A stretch of DNA of 64,000 nucleotides from Balanoglossus misakiensis. Its lineage: Eukaryota; Animalia; Hemichordata. Of this stretch, positions 53,601 through 64,000 are shown piece after piece; the stretch's first letter is position 1; every line of letters starts with the position of its first letter. Position numbers and translations under genes: made by a program. The stretch is from contig CM082592.2 in assembly GCA_040954595.2 (NCBI GenBank), positions 1,798,001 through 1,862,000 on the forward strand, in the 5' to 3' direction. The notes under the pieces were generated by a model. That model saw only the letters and a list, made by a program, of their open reading frames with translations, was not told the DNA's origin and ran no database searches.

Positions 53601-56600
53601 TTTTAAAATGTTATGTTCCTGATAGAATTGAAATGATTTTCTCGTAATTCTTCTAAATGGATTATCTCCTATGAGATATGCAGGCTTATTAGGGGCCCTC
53701 AGGCGCTTGGGCCCCTTCTGTTATTGCTGGAGTTTTTCTTCTTTTTCGGCCGTACTTTTCTCTGAAACCGTTGCCTCTGTGCCAATGAAAATTTTAATGT
53801 AAGCCATCATGTGCTAATGTGGCAGCCATGGCCCACTTTCATCATGAATTGAAATTCACACGTGCTTTACCATCCTCACAAACTGTGTTGAACTGGCACA
53901 CTGCAAATTTTGAAAATATGATATTGATCACAATCACACGCACACTGACAGCATGCTTTTTGAAGATACAGGTACTGACATTATCAGTCATAATACTTTT
54001 GAATCCTCAATAAAGAATAGAAGAATTTAACAGGATTTATATTTGAACGCAAAGTATAAAATTCCCTTGTGCCGTAGAAATCTGCATTTTGTGGTCCTTC
54101 TGCTGGTGAGAAGCATCGGATAAATTCAGCATGCTCATCGCCCAGGAAATTTAGGTGTACAGAAAAAAAAAACTAGAACGACAACAGCTATGCATGCAGC
54201 TATGCAGGCTAACAATACAAACACAGAGAACAGTTCTCCATATTCATTTTTAATACGATAAGATTCACTGAAATTGGCGGGTCCGTTGGCAGGCAAAGTC
54301 ACTTCCAACTCGGAATGCAAATCAGGTCCATGTCTCTTGTTCCCTGAGACAGTCTGGTTCTAATAATAGCTGTAAGAACTTGATCGTTGTCCGAACTTTT
54401 GGTTCAATTTTGCAACATTTTATGATTTCAAGCAGTGCATATTTAACTCTGTTTCAACTTTGGTTGGAGGGATAATGATGAAGCCATTTCACTGACAAAA
54501 TAGCGCTATTAATGGACGACAATATTTGTTTACAGTCAAATTAATTATTGTTCATGTTTATCTCGGATAAAAAATAGTCCATAGCAGGTAAAAAAGTTAG
54601 AAAAAAATACTACAAGTTAAAATATTCTTTGACATCAAACGTTCTATAATAAAATATTTGAAAAAAATAGACTTGGACAGTACAGAAGACACGATCAAAG
54701 TACTAGAAAGTTGAAACTTGCTTATTAAACTATATGACTTTTTCCTAAGTATCTCATCAAAAGTTAAAACATGTAGATTATCAAGCAATAAAGTATTACT
54801 TTGAACATGACTATATTTGAAACCTGTTAATTTACGAAATATCGGAGAATTTGCTAGCGGTATAAAACATTTTCATAGAAAAATTACACCACAAATAAGA
54901 ACTGAACAGAATATTACAAAAAAAACAGAAAATAAATGACACTTGGCGATAAAGATGCAAATTTAAAATCCCGAATGACAGCGTTAATATCTTTAAGGCT
55001 ACAAGATATTAAAGATATTAAAATGACCAAGATATTTGTGAACATTAACATAACTTAGTAGTCTACCATTTCAATAAATTGGAACTATTTTAAGTTACCC
55101 AACACCAGGTTGAATTAGCATAAACACTGTCTTTTTTTCTTATTGAAAAACCACAGCAATTAACTAACACTTGGTGACAATAGCCTCCAGTGAAGAAAAT
55201 AACTGTATCGTCAGCGTAAATGAATTGGTTCACCTTGTAATCGCCATGAAGTCATCCGAACAGAAGGTTTGACAAATTCCTACTGAGATCATCTAAGTAC
55301 ACTTTGAAAGAAATCGTAGATGAAATTCCGTCCTGTTTAAACATCTTTTTTGGACTGGAATGGTGCAGTATAGAGCCGTTCCATTTAACAACAAAATCTT
55401 GAAATGTATACAAATATAACAAAATTGTATTAAGTAAGGCTTAACCCCACTTGTCATCAATTTCTGAAAAAGAACATAGTGATGAACATAGTCGAACACT
55501 TTTGAGGTGTTCATTAAAGTAACAAAAACATGCATGTTATGATGTTTATAATAAGTCAGAATTTTCTTCAATACAAAAAAATGGCCATATCAGTGCCATG
55601 TTCTGGTTAAAAATGATATGGCCATTTTTTTGTATTGAAGAAAATTCTGATTCGTAGAAGAGAGACAATCCATTAAGTTTAGAAGCCGTTGTTGCAAATG
55701 CATTGCCATCAGAAAAATACACTTTTTTGTATAACTGCAAGATCTGTCACAGCTGTGAAATTCTAAGGAAATTCATTCTGACATTCATTGTGTAAAATGT
55801 GTGTTTTATGGATTCTTAACCAAACTTAGTCATGAACCTAAATGGTTACCTCAGCAAAACTAAGGCAAGCCAAGTGTTGCAAAATTCAATAAAACATTTT
55901 TGTGTTCATGAAAAACATTTTTGTGTTCATGAAATCTATGTTTGAGTTCATAAAAATCATTTTTGTCTCAACAAATACATTTTTGTGTTCATGAAAACCA
56001 TGTTTATGTTGATACACTTTTTCAACACTAGATGGCGCTCTGCAATATTTAAAGCATACTCTTTTTCAACACTAGATGGCGCTCTGCAATATTTAAAGCA
56101 TACACTTTTCGACACTAGATGGCGCTCTGTAATATTTCAAGCAGACGATGCTGAGTGGGATTCGTCTTCGGATTCAGATACAGTTTTATCGTTTGCAAAA
56201 TGTCACACATTTCATTTAGAGGTTGATCAATTGCATTCGTCTTTAATCAGTAAACATTCGTATTTAAGCCAAAACTGAGAGTTGTCCGAAAATGGATGCA
56301 GCATTTGACTTAAAATTCAGGATCGTTTATAGCGGCTAGAGTAAAAATGCTCAGGTATAGAAATTGTTGTCATGGGGAGTTGTTGGGCTACATAAGTGCA
56401 GCAAGGTGGGTTACTGTGCCAAACCACTCTACTTTAAGCCAATTTCCTGGTGCAATTGATATATTATTTATACAAGCCTGTGCTTATTTTGACATCCAAA
56501 AGGGTGGGGGTCATCTTTTTTTCGAAAGGTTTAGGGGGGGTTATATGATTTGCCCCCCCCCCCCCCCAACGCTTTGTTTTTTTGTTTTTTTTTGTCTTTT

Positions 56601-56709
56601 ATTGTAAAAAAAATAAGAAATTTCGTTCCAAAGAGAGAAAAGCAAATAGAAGTATTACAAAAATTTTACAAAAGAAAGTAGATTACAGGCAAGTATAAAT
56701 ATAAATCAG

Positions 56710-59015
56710 TTACATAATATTGTGGACCTTATCAAAAAATTTTAACATGTCATCTCTTTTGTAAATTTCTTTTTCAAAATGATGTCTTAACATAAACTCG
56801 TTCTTAAGAATTATTTCAATGGGTGTCTTTCTCTCTGTGACCCAATATTTGTGTATGCTCCATTTACCAAGAAGAATTAGCAGTTTTACAAAATTGTGGT
56901 ACTTTTTGGGAACGGTGTCAGTTGAAATACATGTGAAAATAATATGGGATACAGTTAAGTGTGTATTACGATTGAGGAGGCTGGTTACAATAAAACCAAT
57001 TTTCCTCCAGCATTTCTCAGCAATTTGACAATACAAATATCTGTGTTCAAGAGAGTCAATTTGATGACAGCTCTTACAATACATAGAATCAACTTTTTTC
57101 CAGAAAAATAAATACTTGTTACAAGGTAGTAGACGATGTAAGAGTTTCCACTGAAATTCTCTCAACTTGGTATCCTTAGTGACGGCATAAATATTTTCCC
57201 AGATTTTGCAGTCACTTATAGTTTCATGTACGTCTATGTTTAGCTTCTGAGACCATTTAACGAGTGGATTTTTGGGGCACGTTGTACATGACTGTACAAG
57301 CGAACAGTAAAATGCCTTACATGTAAGCTTACGAAGTGGTGGATCATAATCATTGACAGGCGAAATTGCATAAAAACATCTGAATTTTCTAGACCAACCA
57401 AACACAGTTTGATGGCCGACACTAGTAAAACTGCGATTTACGCTATACCATGCATTTAAAATGTTTACATAGAACTGTGGTAGAAGACATTTAACGTGAT
57501 CTGGAACCTCACTCCAAATAACATACTGCTTTAATAAGCTGGTGGTATCATCTAGCTGGAAATATGAATGTGGTATTACAGTCCATGTGGCATCTGTACA
57601 GTCAAGCAATCGCTTGACCCACATTGCTTGCAATGCTTGCACCTGACACATCACATTGATATGTTTAACACCACCCTTGTGATGCTCTTTTTCAAGCACC
57701 TTGTTTGACAGAATTCTCTTGCGTTTTACAAAGTTGTCAATCAACTCCTGCACCTTTTTACATATATCATTTGGCATGCCAATTACGGACGACAAATACA
57801 TAATTTTTGACATTGCCAAAGCTTTTGTTACGACAATCCTACCATACATAGTTAATTGCCTACGGCACCAAGAATGTAAACATTTTTCCATCAAAGAAAT
57901 TTTCCCGTCCCAGTTAAGTCTTTTGCACTCAATTTCATTATACCCAAAGTACACACCCAAAGTTTTCACTGGTTGGGTTGTTACACAAATACTGTTTACC
58001 CAACTACCGTCTGGATTCATGCCGCCCAGCAGAAATACCTTGGTTTTCTTATTGTTTAATTTTAGACCACTGCAGCTGTGAAATTTCTCCATTACACTGA
58101 GTACCTTATCAATCGAAGTAGAATCCCTTACAAATATCGTCGTATCGTCCGCTAACAAAGATATTTTGGCTTCAGAAACTCTATCATTATGGTGAGGTAA
58201 CCGAAAACCATGTATAGTGCTATCACATCTGATTTTACAGGCAAGTATCTCTATGACGAGGACAAACAAAAGTGCAGAGAGTGAACAGCCTTGCCGAACA
58301 CCTCTTTGTAATTTGAAATAGCTGGAGCACCAGCCTTTATACAAAATACAACTCTCAACGTCTGTGTAAAAAGTCTTAACCCATTGTCTAAAAGAGTCCC
58401 CAAAGCTCATGTGCTGTAGCACTTCATCTACATACTCCCAATTAACACTATCAAAGGCTTTTTCATAATCGACAAAAATAGCAGCCCCTGGAATGTTATG
58501 CTTCTTAGAATAGTGAAAAATATCGGAAATGAGTCTTACATTTTCCCCAATAAATCGACCCTTGATGTACCCGGTTTGATCTCTGTTGATCAGATCAGGC
58601 AGAACCCCCTTTAACCGGTTGGATAGCGCTTTCGTGGCTATCTTGTAGTCTGTGTTAAGTAGTGAGATGGGACGCCAGTTGTTAAGATCACTTTCAGGAC
58701 CCTTTTTGTGCAAGAGCGTGAGGACACCACGTCTTTGAGACACACACAGGGACCCGCTTCTGTGAGCCTCATTCAGTGAGGCTAAAACAAGACTCTTGAT
58801 GTCTTTCCAAAAATGCTGATAAAATTCTACTGTGAGCCCGTCAGAACCAGGTGATTTGTTTGGGGCCATACTATCTAGGGCTTTCAAACACTCGTTATCT
58901 TGAAGTTCCCCTTCACAAGCTTTCATCTGATCTTCAGATAAGAATGGCACAGGAGTATCCCCTAAGAAATCATGTAAATTGGTCCCTCTCGCCCGCTCCT
59001 TATAAAGATTCTCAT
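56710..59015 (-). CDS. L1/Tx1 ORF2 part 3: reverse transcriptase and zf-RVT
   Basis: KSPGSDG, WRPISLLNTDYKI, DYEKAFDSV, GVRQGCSLS, LADD, CKSC..DSLEHRYLYC. The frame extends upstream of the 746-aa ORF to (Y)ENLYK. Confidence 0.93.
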
Positions 59016-60489
59016 TTAAACCACGATCGTGACGTCACACTATTCAATAGACAAGTCATTCACTGAGAGAACCTCCGTCTCACACAAAACCACAGGTTTA
59101 AAACCAAGTCCCGGGTAGTTCTAGAACTACCTCCGGGGGTTCTAGAACTACCGCAGGACTCAGTCTCACCTGTCGTAACAAAAATACAAATACACAATGC
59201 TTTATTTGCATAATTACATTTACTTCTATACCTGTATTCAAAGTACATTTCATTTGAATAGAGTAATTGTTATGTTAATTGAAAGCGAACTGGATATGCG
59301 ACAGTCTCCGGATCATTTCATTCAATGCTTCACATTCACAGTTTTGTCTACTGACGTACAAAGCTAATGTCTTGGTGGCTCTCGAGAGTCTTCATAACAT
59401 GATAATAAAAGTATAAAATAGACAAAAATCAATTCACCAGAAACAAACTAACGTTGCAATAAATTAACTACAAATTTCTAGAAAATTATACTAAATCACA
59501 TTATCCCCAGATTTGCTTGCATTACTCTAACCAGATGCTTCACTTCGATTTTGCTTCACTACCGACATGTAACAAGGTTGGCTGTTTTAGGCCTAAAACC
59601 CGCGTACCTTGCAAAATTCTGCTTACTTTTTGTTGCTGTTCACCAGACGTGGGTTTGTAATGTCGGACGGATTCACTTCGGTATCAAGTCTTTTCGCAGA
59701 TGAGTTACTCACCAATATCGCTACCATACAGACGTGTTGCCGCTGTGGCTCGCAGAGAGTGGTTCGTTCAAAAGCCAGGGAGGCCAATACACAGACGGGC
59801 AGTAGTACCATGTAGAGCATTGTTACCCGGTTTTTGCTTTACCAACATGTAGCCGCTTGTTTTCGCAGATGATATAGATCGGAACTACATGTATCTTCAG
59901 ATCGATTTCATGGACATTTGAAGGAAAATAAAAAAAAAAACGTGACACTTACATGTAGGCCTTCTGCATTTGGCCTAGAAAATTTTCGCGTAAGCTTACC
60001 ATGTGCACGCAAAACCCCAATAGCTGTAACGCTTCCCATAATACACTACGTAACACACCTGTAAAGTTTAATTTGATGCAAATTAGTGTTTGAAATTAGC
60101 ATATCACTCTGACACGTAAGCATGAACATTTAGAGTAACACCTGTCAAGCGTGGGCGATCTTGTAAGGCCCAGCAGGGCGGTCTAGAACTACCTGCCCAC
60201 GACATGATTCATTTATAGGAAAAGGGGTGGCCAACCAAATTTCACAGTCAGCAATGAAGAATAAGCCTCTTTTGATAAGCTTTTGTTCGTTCATTTTATT
60301 GAATCGTTGAGTAAAACGACGTCTTTGTGGTACACGAAGCTCCAATGGTGACAATGTCTGTGGGGGGTCGTGGTTTAAGTTAGAGAACCACCTCCCCCTC
60401 AGTGGTTCTTGGTTTCCAATCGCCTCGGGCCTGCGGCCCTCGGCAATTCGAAACCAAGAACCACCTCGGGGTCGGTGGTTCTCTATTAC
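59016..60489 (+). mobile_element. Non-autonomous IR-IR-hairpin (Crypton-like) element, family 3 (~1474 bp), in ORF2
   Basis: IR ttaaaccacga (59016-59026) / tcgtggtttaa (60368-60378) and hairpin 60381-60485. Removal restores KQFYENLY with no TSD. Confidence 0.8.
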
Positions 60490-60853
60490 AGAACTGTTTC
60501 TGAGCGTCCAGTATTTTTTCGGTGCCAGAAACACAATGGCCATCATTAATCTGTACACTTTTCATTTCTTTCTTGACAGCATTCGATTTTTCCAAACCTA
60601 AAAAATATTTCGTACTTCGCTCTCCTTTTTCAACCCACAATGCCCTCGACCGAATTTGAGCTCCCTCGGCGCTTAATTTATAAAGGTCTTCCAGGCGATT
60701 TTTGATATTCCCATAAATCTCAATATTTGCATCTGTGGGGTCATCGATCATATTCTGCTCTGCAATGCTTAACTGATTTTTCAATTCTGGCATAATGGTC
60801 TTACTGTCTCTTGTGGCATTTTGTGCGTAACGCATGGTGTACCCTTTGATATT
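60490..60853 (-). CDS. L1/Tx1 ORF2 part 2 (EN-RT linker)
   Basis: NIKGYTMRYA..GAQIRSRALWVEKGERSTKYFLGLEK, a typical Tx1 linker motif. Confidence 0.9.
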
Positions 60854-61167
60854 TAAGCAATAAAACACCCCCAGCCATGGTATACCACGAGATTTTGACC
60901 AGTTCACGACATATACGCACGAGCGATAGCGAGTGCGTATATGGAGTTGAACTGGTCAAAATCGAGTGGTATACCATGGCCGGGGGTGTTTTATTGCTAT
61001 TATATTATGCCAGTATATTGAAACTTTGCATAAAACATTTTAAAAAGGCATTTTCTTTGACTATGATATATGACTGTGGTATATGGCTAATATATCACGG
61101 TCACGTGTCGTGTCTCGACCAATCAAATAGCGTGATTTACACCATCAATATACTGGTATAATATAAT
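60854..61167 (-). mobile_element. Non-autonomous IR-IR-hairpin element (314 bp) related to the autonomous Crypton
   Basis: Same termini as the YR element (taagcaataa... / ...tataatataat); hairpin 60856-60998; 22-bp IR at 60999-61020 / 61146-61167. Removal restores WDLTKKNIKGY. Confidence 0.88.
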
Positions 61168-62046
61168 TTTCTTTGTTAAATCCCATTTAAGCCTACAATC
61201 AGTGATATCCTCATTGGCTTTAAAGGACATTATGATATCTTGAACCCCTTTGACATAATCCTGTTTTGTCAGCAAATGCTTATTAAATTTCCAAACACCT
61301 GGTCCCCTGTCATCTTTTGCCAGAATGATTGAAAAGTACACAGCCATGTGATCACTAAGTAAAGCTGGTCTTATATCTGCAGCGTTTACAGAGTTAATCA
61401 GGTTCTTCGAAATAAAAATATAATCCAACCTACTATGAATCGGAGTAGGATGCAAACGCCTCCAAGTGAATTTCCGTAAAGATGGGTTACGCTCTCTCCA
61501 AACATCTACTAAATCAAAAGTGTGAAGAAGTTTACGAAGCGCGACAATGGACTTGTCAACCTTTGCGGTAGATGATGTGGTATCCATACTTTTGAAATGT
61601 GCACAATTGAAATCTCCAGCAACTATAAAATTCTCATACAAACAACGTTCACTAATAACATCTACTAAATTTAAAAAGAAACTCCTTCTTTGAACACTGT
61701 CATTCGGTGCATACACACCGCAAACAGAATAGCCGACACCATTATGGGTGCCATTAACAACGACAAGCCTTCCACAGTTATCTTTATACACACCATCAAT
61801 GCGGAAATTAAAATTTTTGTCTATCAGAATCGCAACACCTCTGCTGTTATGTGCGCCTATAGAAAGAACAATTTCTCCGCCCCACTCACGCTTCCATTGG
61901 GAAATATCCAACCCTTCCCCGTGGACTTCCTGTAAAATACAAAGACTTGCCTTTTGACGTTTTAACCAATGGAAAATACTCTTGCGTTTGGCAGGGTCGC
62001 GTAGACCCCTTACATTAAGAGTAACTGTACTTAATTTATCAGTCAT
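61168..62046 (-). CDS. L1/Tx1 ORF2 part 1: APE-like endonuclease
   Basis: TLNVRGL, LQEVH, VYAPN, GDFN, SRLDYIF, SDH, GPGVWKFN. Confidence 0.93.
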
Positions 62047-63733
62047 TTTTTAGGTCCCATTGGTATAGGCCTATATACCATGGGACCTTATGGGATGGGT
62101 TGCGTCTGTATGTATGTATGGATGGATGTATGTATGGATGTATGGATGTATGGATGTATGTCTGTATGTCCGTCCACATCAAAAACTTGAAAACTGCTGC
62201 GCGTATCACCTCAATATTTGGTGTGTAGGTGCAGGCTGGGCTGTAGATGGGAGTTTGTCCAAACGAAGATGCCAGGCCCAAAAATATGCAAATTAGCTTG
62301 TAAAATGTGAAATTGATCAAAACTCTGTAACTCAACAATTACTGGTCAGATTGCTTTGAAAATTGATATGTATGTACCTTATGTCAACCTCACACCGACC
62401 TGTAAGTGTTAAGTTGATATCATGGATGTTTTATTTTTTATGAATTTTTTAGTCTTTTTCTTTACTTATACCTCTATGGTTAAGCTATGTCCACGTCTTA
62501 TTGTGGAATTCTGGTCTGTGCAATAGTCCTGTACAGTGACTGTCTATTGGCCAGTGAGCACAATGGAGCCAAAATAAAAGGCAAATTTTTGGGCTCACCT
62601 GTAACACCTGCTTAACACATTAATTATGTGCATACCTAATTCCGGGCTAATTAATAGGGCTAGAGGTTTCGTTCTTGTTGAACATGGACCAGTATAGGGT
62701 CAAAATTTCTTGCCCAAATTTTGCATGACCTTAGGTGACCTTTGACCTACTTTACCATATCTTGGCATCTAGAGCAGGTACAGACTTGGCGTTTGGAGGG
62801 TTGGCACTAAAATTGAAAAGCCAAAATTGGGGGTCACCTGTGACACCTGCATATCTCATTAATTATGTGCATACCTAATCCTAGGCTAACCAATAAGGCT
62901 ATAGGTTTGGTTTTTGTTGAACATGGACCAGTATAGGGTCAAAATTTCTTGCCCAAATTTTGCATGACCTTAGGTGACCTTTGACCTACTTTACCATATC
63001 TTGGCATCTAGAGCAGGTACAGACTTGGCGTTTGGAGGGTTGGCACTAAAATTGAAAAGCCAAAATTGGGGGTCACCTGTGACACCTGCATATCTCATTA
63101 ATTATGTGCATACCTAATCCTAGGCTAACCAATAAGGCTATAGGTTTGGTTTTTGTTGAACATGGACCAGTATAGGGTCAAAATTTCTTGCCCAAATTTT
63201 GCATGACCTTAGGTGACCTTTGACCTACTTTACCATATCTTGGCATCTAGAGCAGGTACAGACTTGGCGTTTGGAGGGTTGGCACTAAAATTAAAAAGCC
63301 AAAATTGGGGGTCACCTGTGACACCTGCATATCTCATTAATTATGTGCATACCTAATCCTAGGCTAACCAATAAGGCTATAGGTTTGGTTTTTATTGAAC
63401 ATGGACCAGTATAAAGTCAAAATTTCTTGCCCAAATTTTGCATGACCTCAGGTGACCTTTGACCTACTTTATCATATCTTGGCATCCAGAGCAAATACAG
63501 ACTTCGCGTTTGGAGGGTTGGGACTAAAATTGAAAAGCCAAAATATGGGTCACCTGTGACACCTGCATATCTCATTAATTATGTGCATACCTAATTACAG
63601 GCTAACCAATAGGGCTATAGGTTTGGTTTTTGTTCAACATGGACCAGTATAGGGTCAAAATTTCTTGCCCAAATTTTGCATGACCTCAGGTGACCTTTGA
63701 CCTACTTTTCCATATCTTGGCATCCAGAGCAGA
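62047..63733 (+). mobile_element. Helentron-associated (HINE-like) element, 3' end missing, replacing most of ORF1
   Basis: Starts tttttaggtcccattggtataggcctatataccatgggacct (hairpin) followed by a (GTAT/GGAT)n tract and then a satellite. Related pieces at ~28,480-28,720 and ~9,140-9,300. Confidence 0.7.
62585..63733. repeat. ~239-bp tandem satellite, ~4.8 units
   Basis: caaaatttcttgcccaaattttgcatgacc recurs with a 239/238-bp period from 62701. Confidence 0.95.
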
Positions 63734-63970
63734 TATGCTGATTGCTATGTTGCTATGTTCTATGTCCTCAGAGTCAAATGGGACCACAGTGTCCTTGACG
63801 CTATTTTTCTTCTGTGTCCTCTTTCTTTTTCGCATCTTCCTATTTCTATCGTCCGCATTTCTTTGTGCTGGTATGACGGTTGGCGACTCCACGGTTAGGT
63901 CCGATGGGTTTTCACGGGTGGTGTCACCTTCGACGTAATACCCGTCGTCGCTGTCGCTGATATGCGCCAT
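63734..63970 (-). pseudogene. Probable N-terminus of L1/Tx1 ORF1, truncated
   Basis: ATG at 63970 on the ORF2 strand; acidic start then a basic RKMRKRKR tract; runs directly into the satellite. Confidence 0.5.
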
Positions 63971-64000
63971 TGTATCACTGCTGTTTTCCCCTCGGTCCTG

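Larger units (their letters stand above)
39310..56579 (-). repeat. Giant inverted repeat, arm 2
   Basis: Reverse complement of arm 1, lacking 22331-24879 and ~30208-30667. Ends at the poly(A) tail of the L1/Tx1 element. Confidence 0.97.
56578..64000 (-). mobile_element. L1-clade (Tx1-like) non-LTR retrotransposon with three nested insertions; 5' end at or beyond the window edge
   Basis: A-rich tail and AATAAA at ~56,578-56,603 on the minus strand, ORF2 with APE, RT and CCHC domains, and an ORF1 remnant at the far end. Confidence 0.92.

Noticed and set aside
17426-56579. Polinton/Maverick or other giant TIR transposon
   Set aside because: No polB, integrase or capsid genes; the arms are ordinary TE debris and no defined termini or TSD are visible.
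59016-61167. ORF2 interruptions as spliceosomal or self-splicing introns
   Set aside because: The 314-bp insert lacks GT..AG ends on the coding strand, the 1474-bp insert starts GT but ends AA, there is no group I/II core, and both have the mobile IR-hairpin architecture.

Overview
AT-rich eukaryotic DNA with spliceosomal introns and metazoan TE families, probably from a marine invertebrate. It is almost entirely nested transposable elements, and no intact host gene is evident. (1) A giant inverted duplication: arm 1 ~17,426-37,670, spacer ~1.6 kb, arm 2 ~39,310-56,579. Arm 2 is cut off by an L1/Tx1 retroelement, so the palindrome may continue past the window. (2) At the inner end of each arm is an intact two-exon tyrosine-recombinase (Crypton-type) element. 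(3) Three different non-coding elements share its architecture: short IR, body, short IR, then a 105-190 nt terminal hairpin, inserted without a TSD. All the hairpins carry regularly spaced tandem GA/GA mismatches on one strand only, and most have GNA/GNNA loops. This suggests a strand-specific folded-ssDNA recombination site, analogous to integron attC, CTXphi attP or the DIRS ICR, and is the best candidate for an undescribed system. Two of these elements split an otherwise open L1/Tx1 ORF2 precisely. Also present: a decayed piggyBac; an IS3EU-like TIR element carrying HECT exons nested in an ISL2EU/Harbinger-type transposase; Kolobok-, Harbinger- and Academ-like non-autonomous elements; CR1/L2/RTE remnants; and Helentron-like elements carrying 146- and 239-bp satellites. 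Coordinates and identities were read by eye, and family names come from motif recognition, not database searches.
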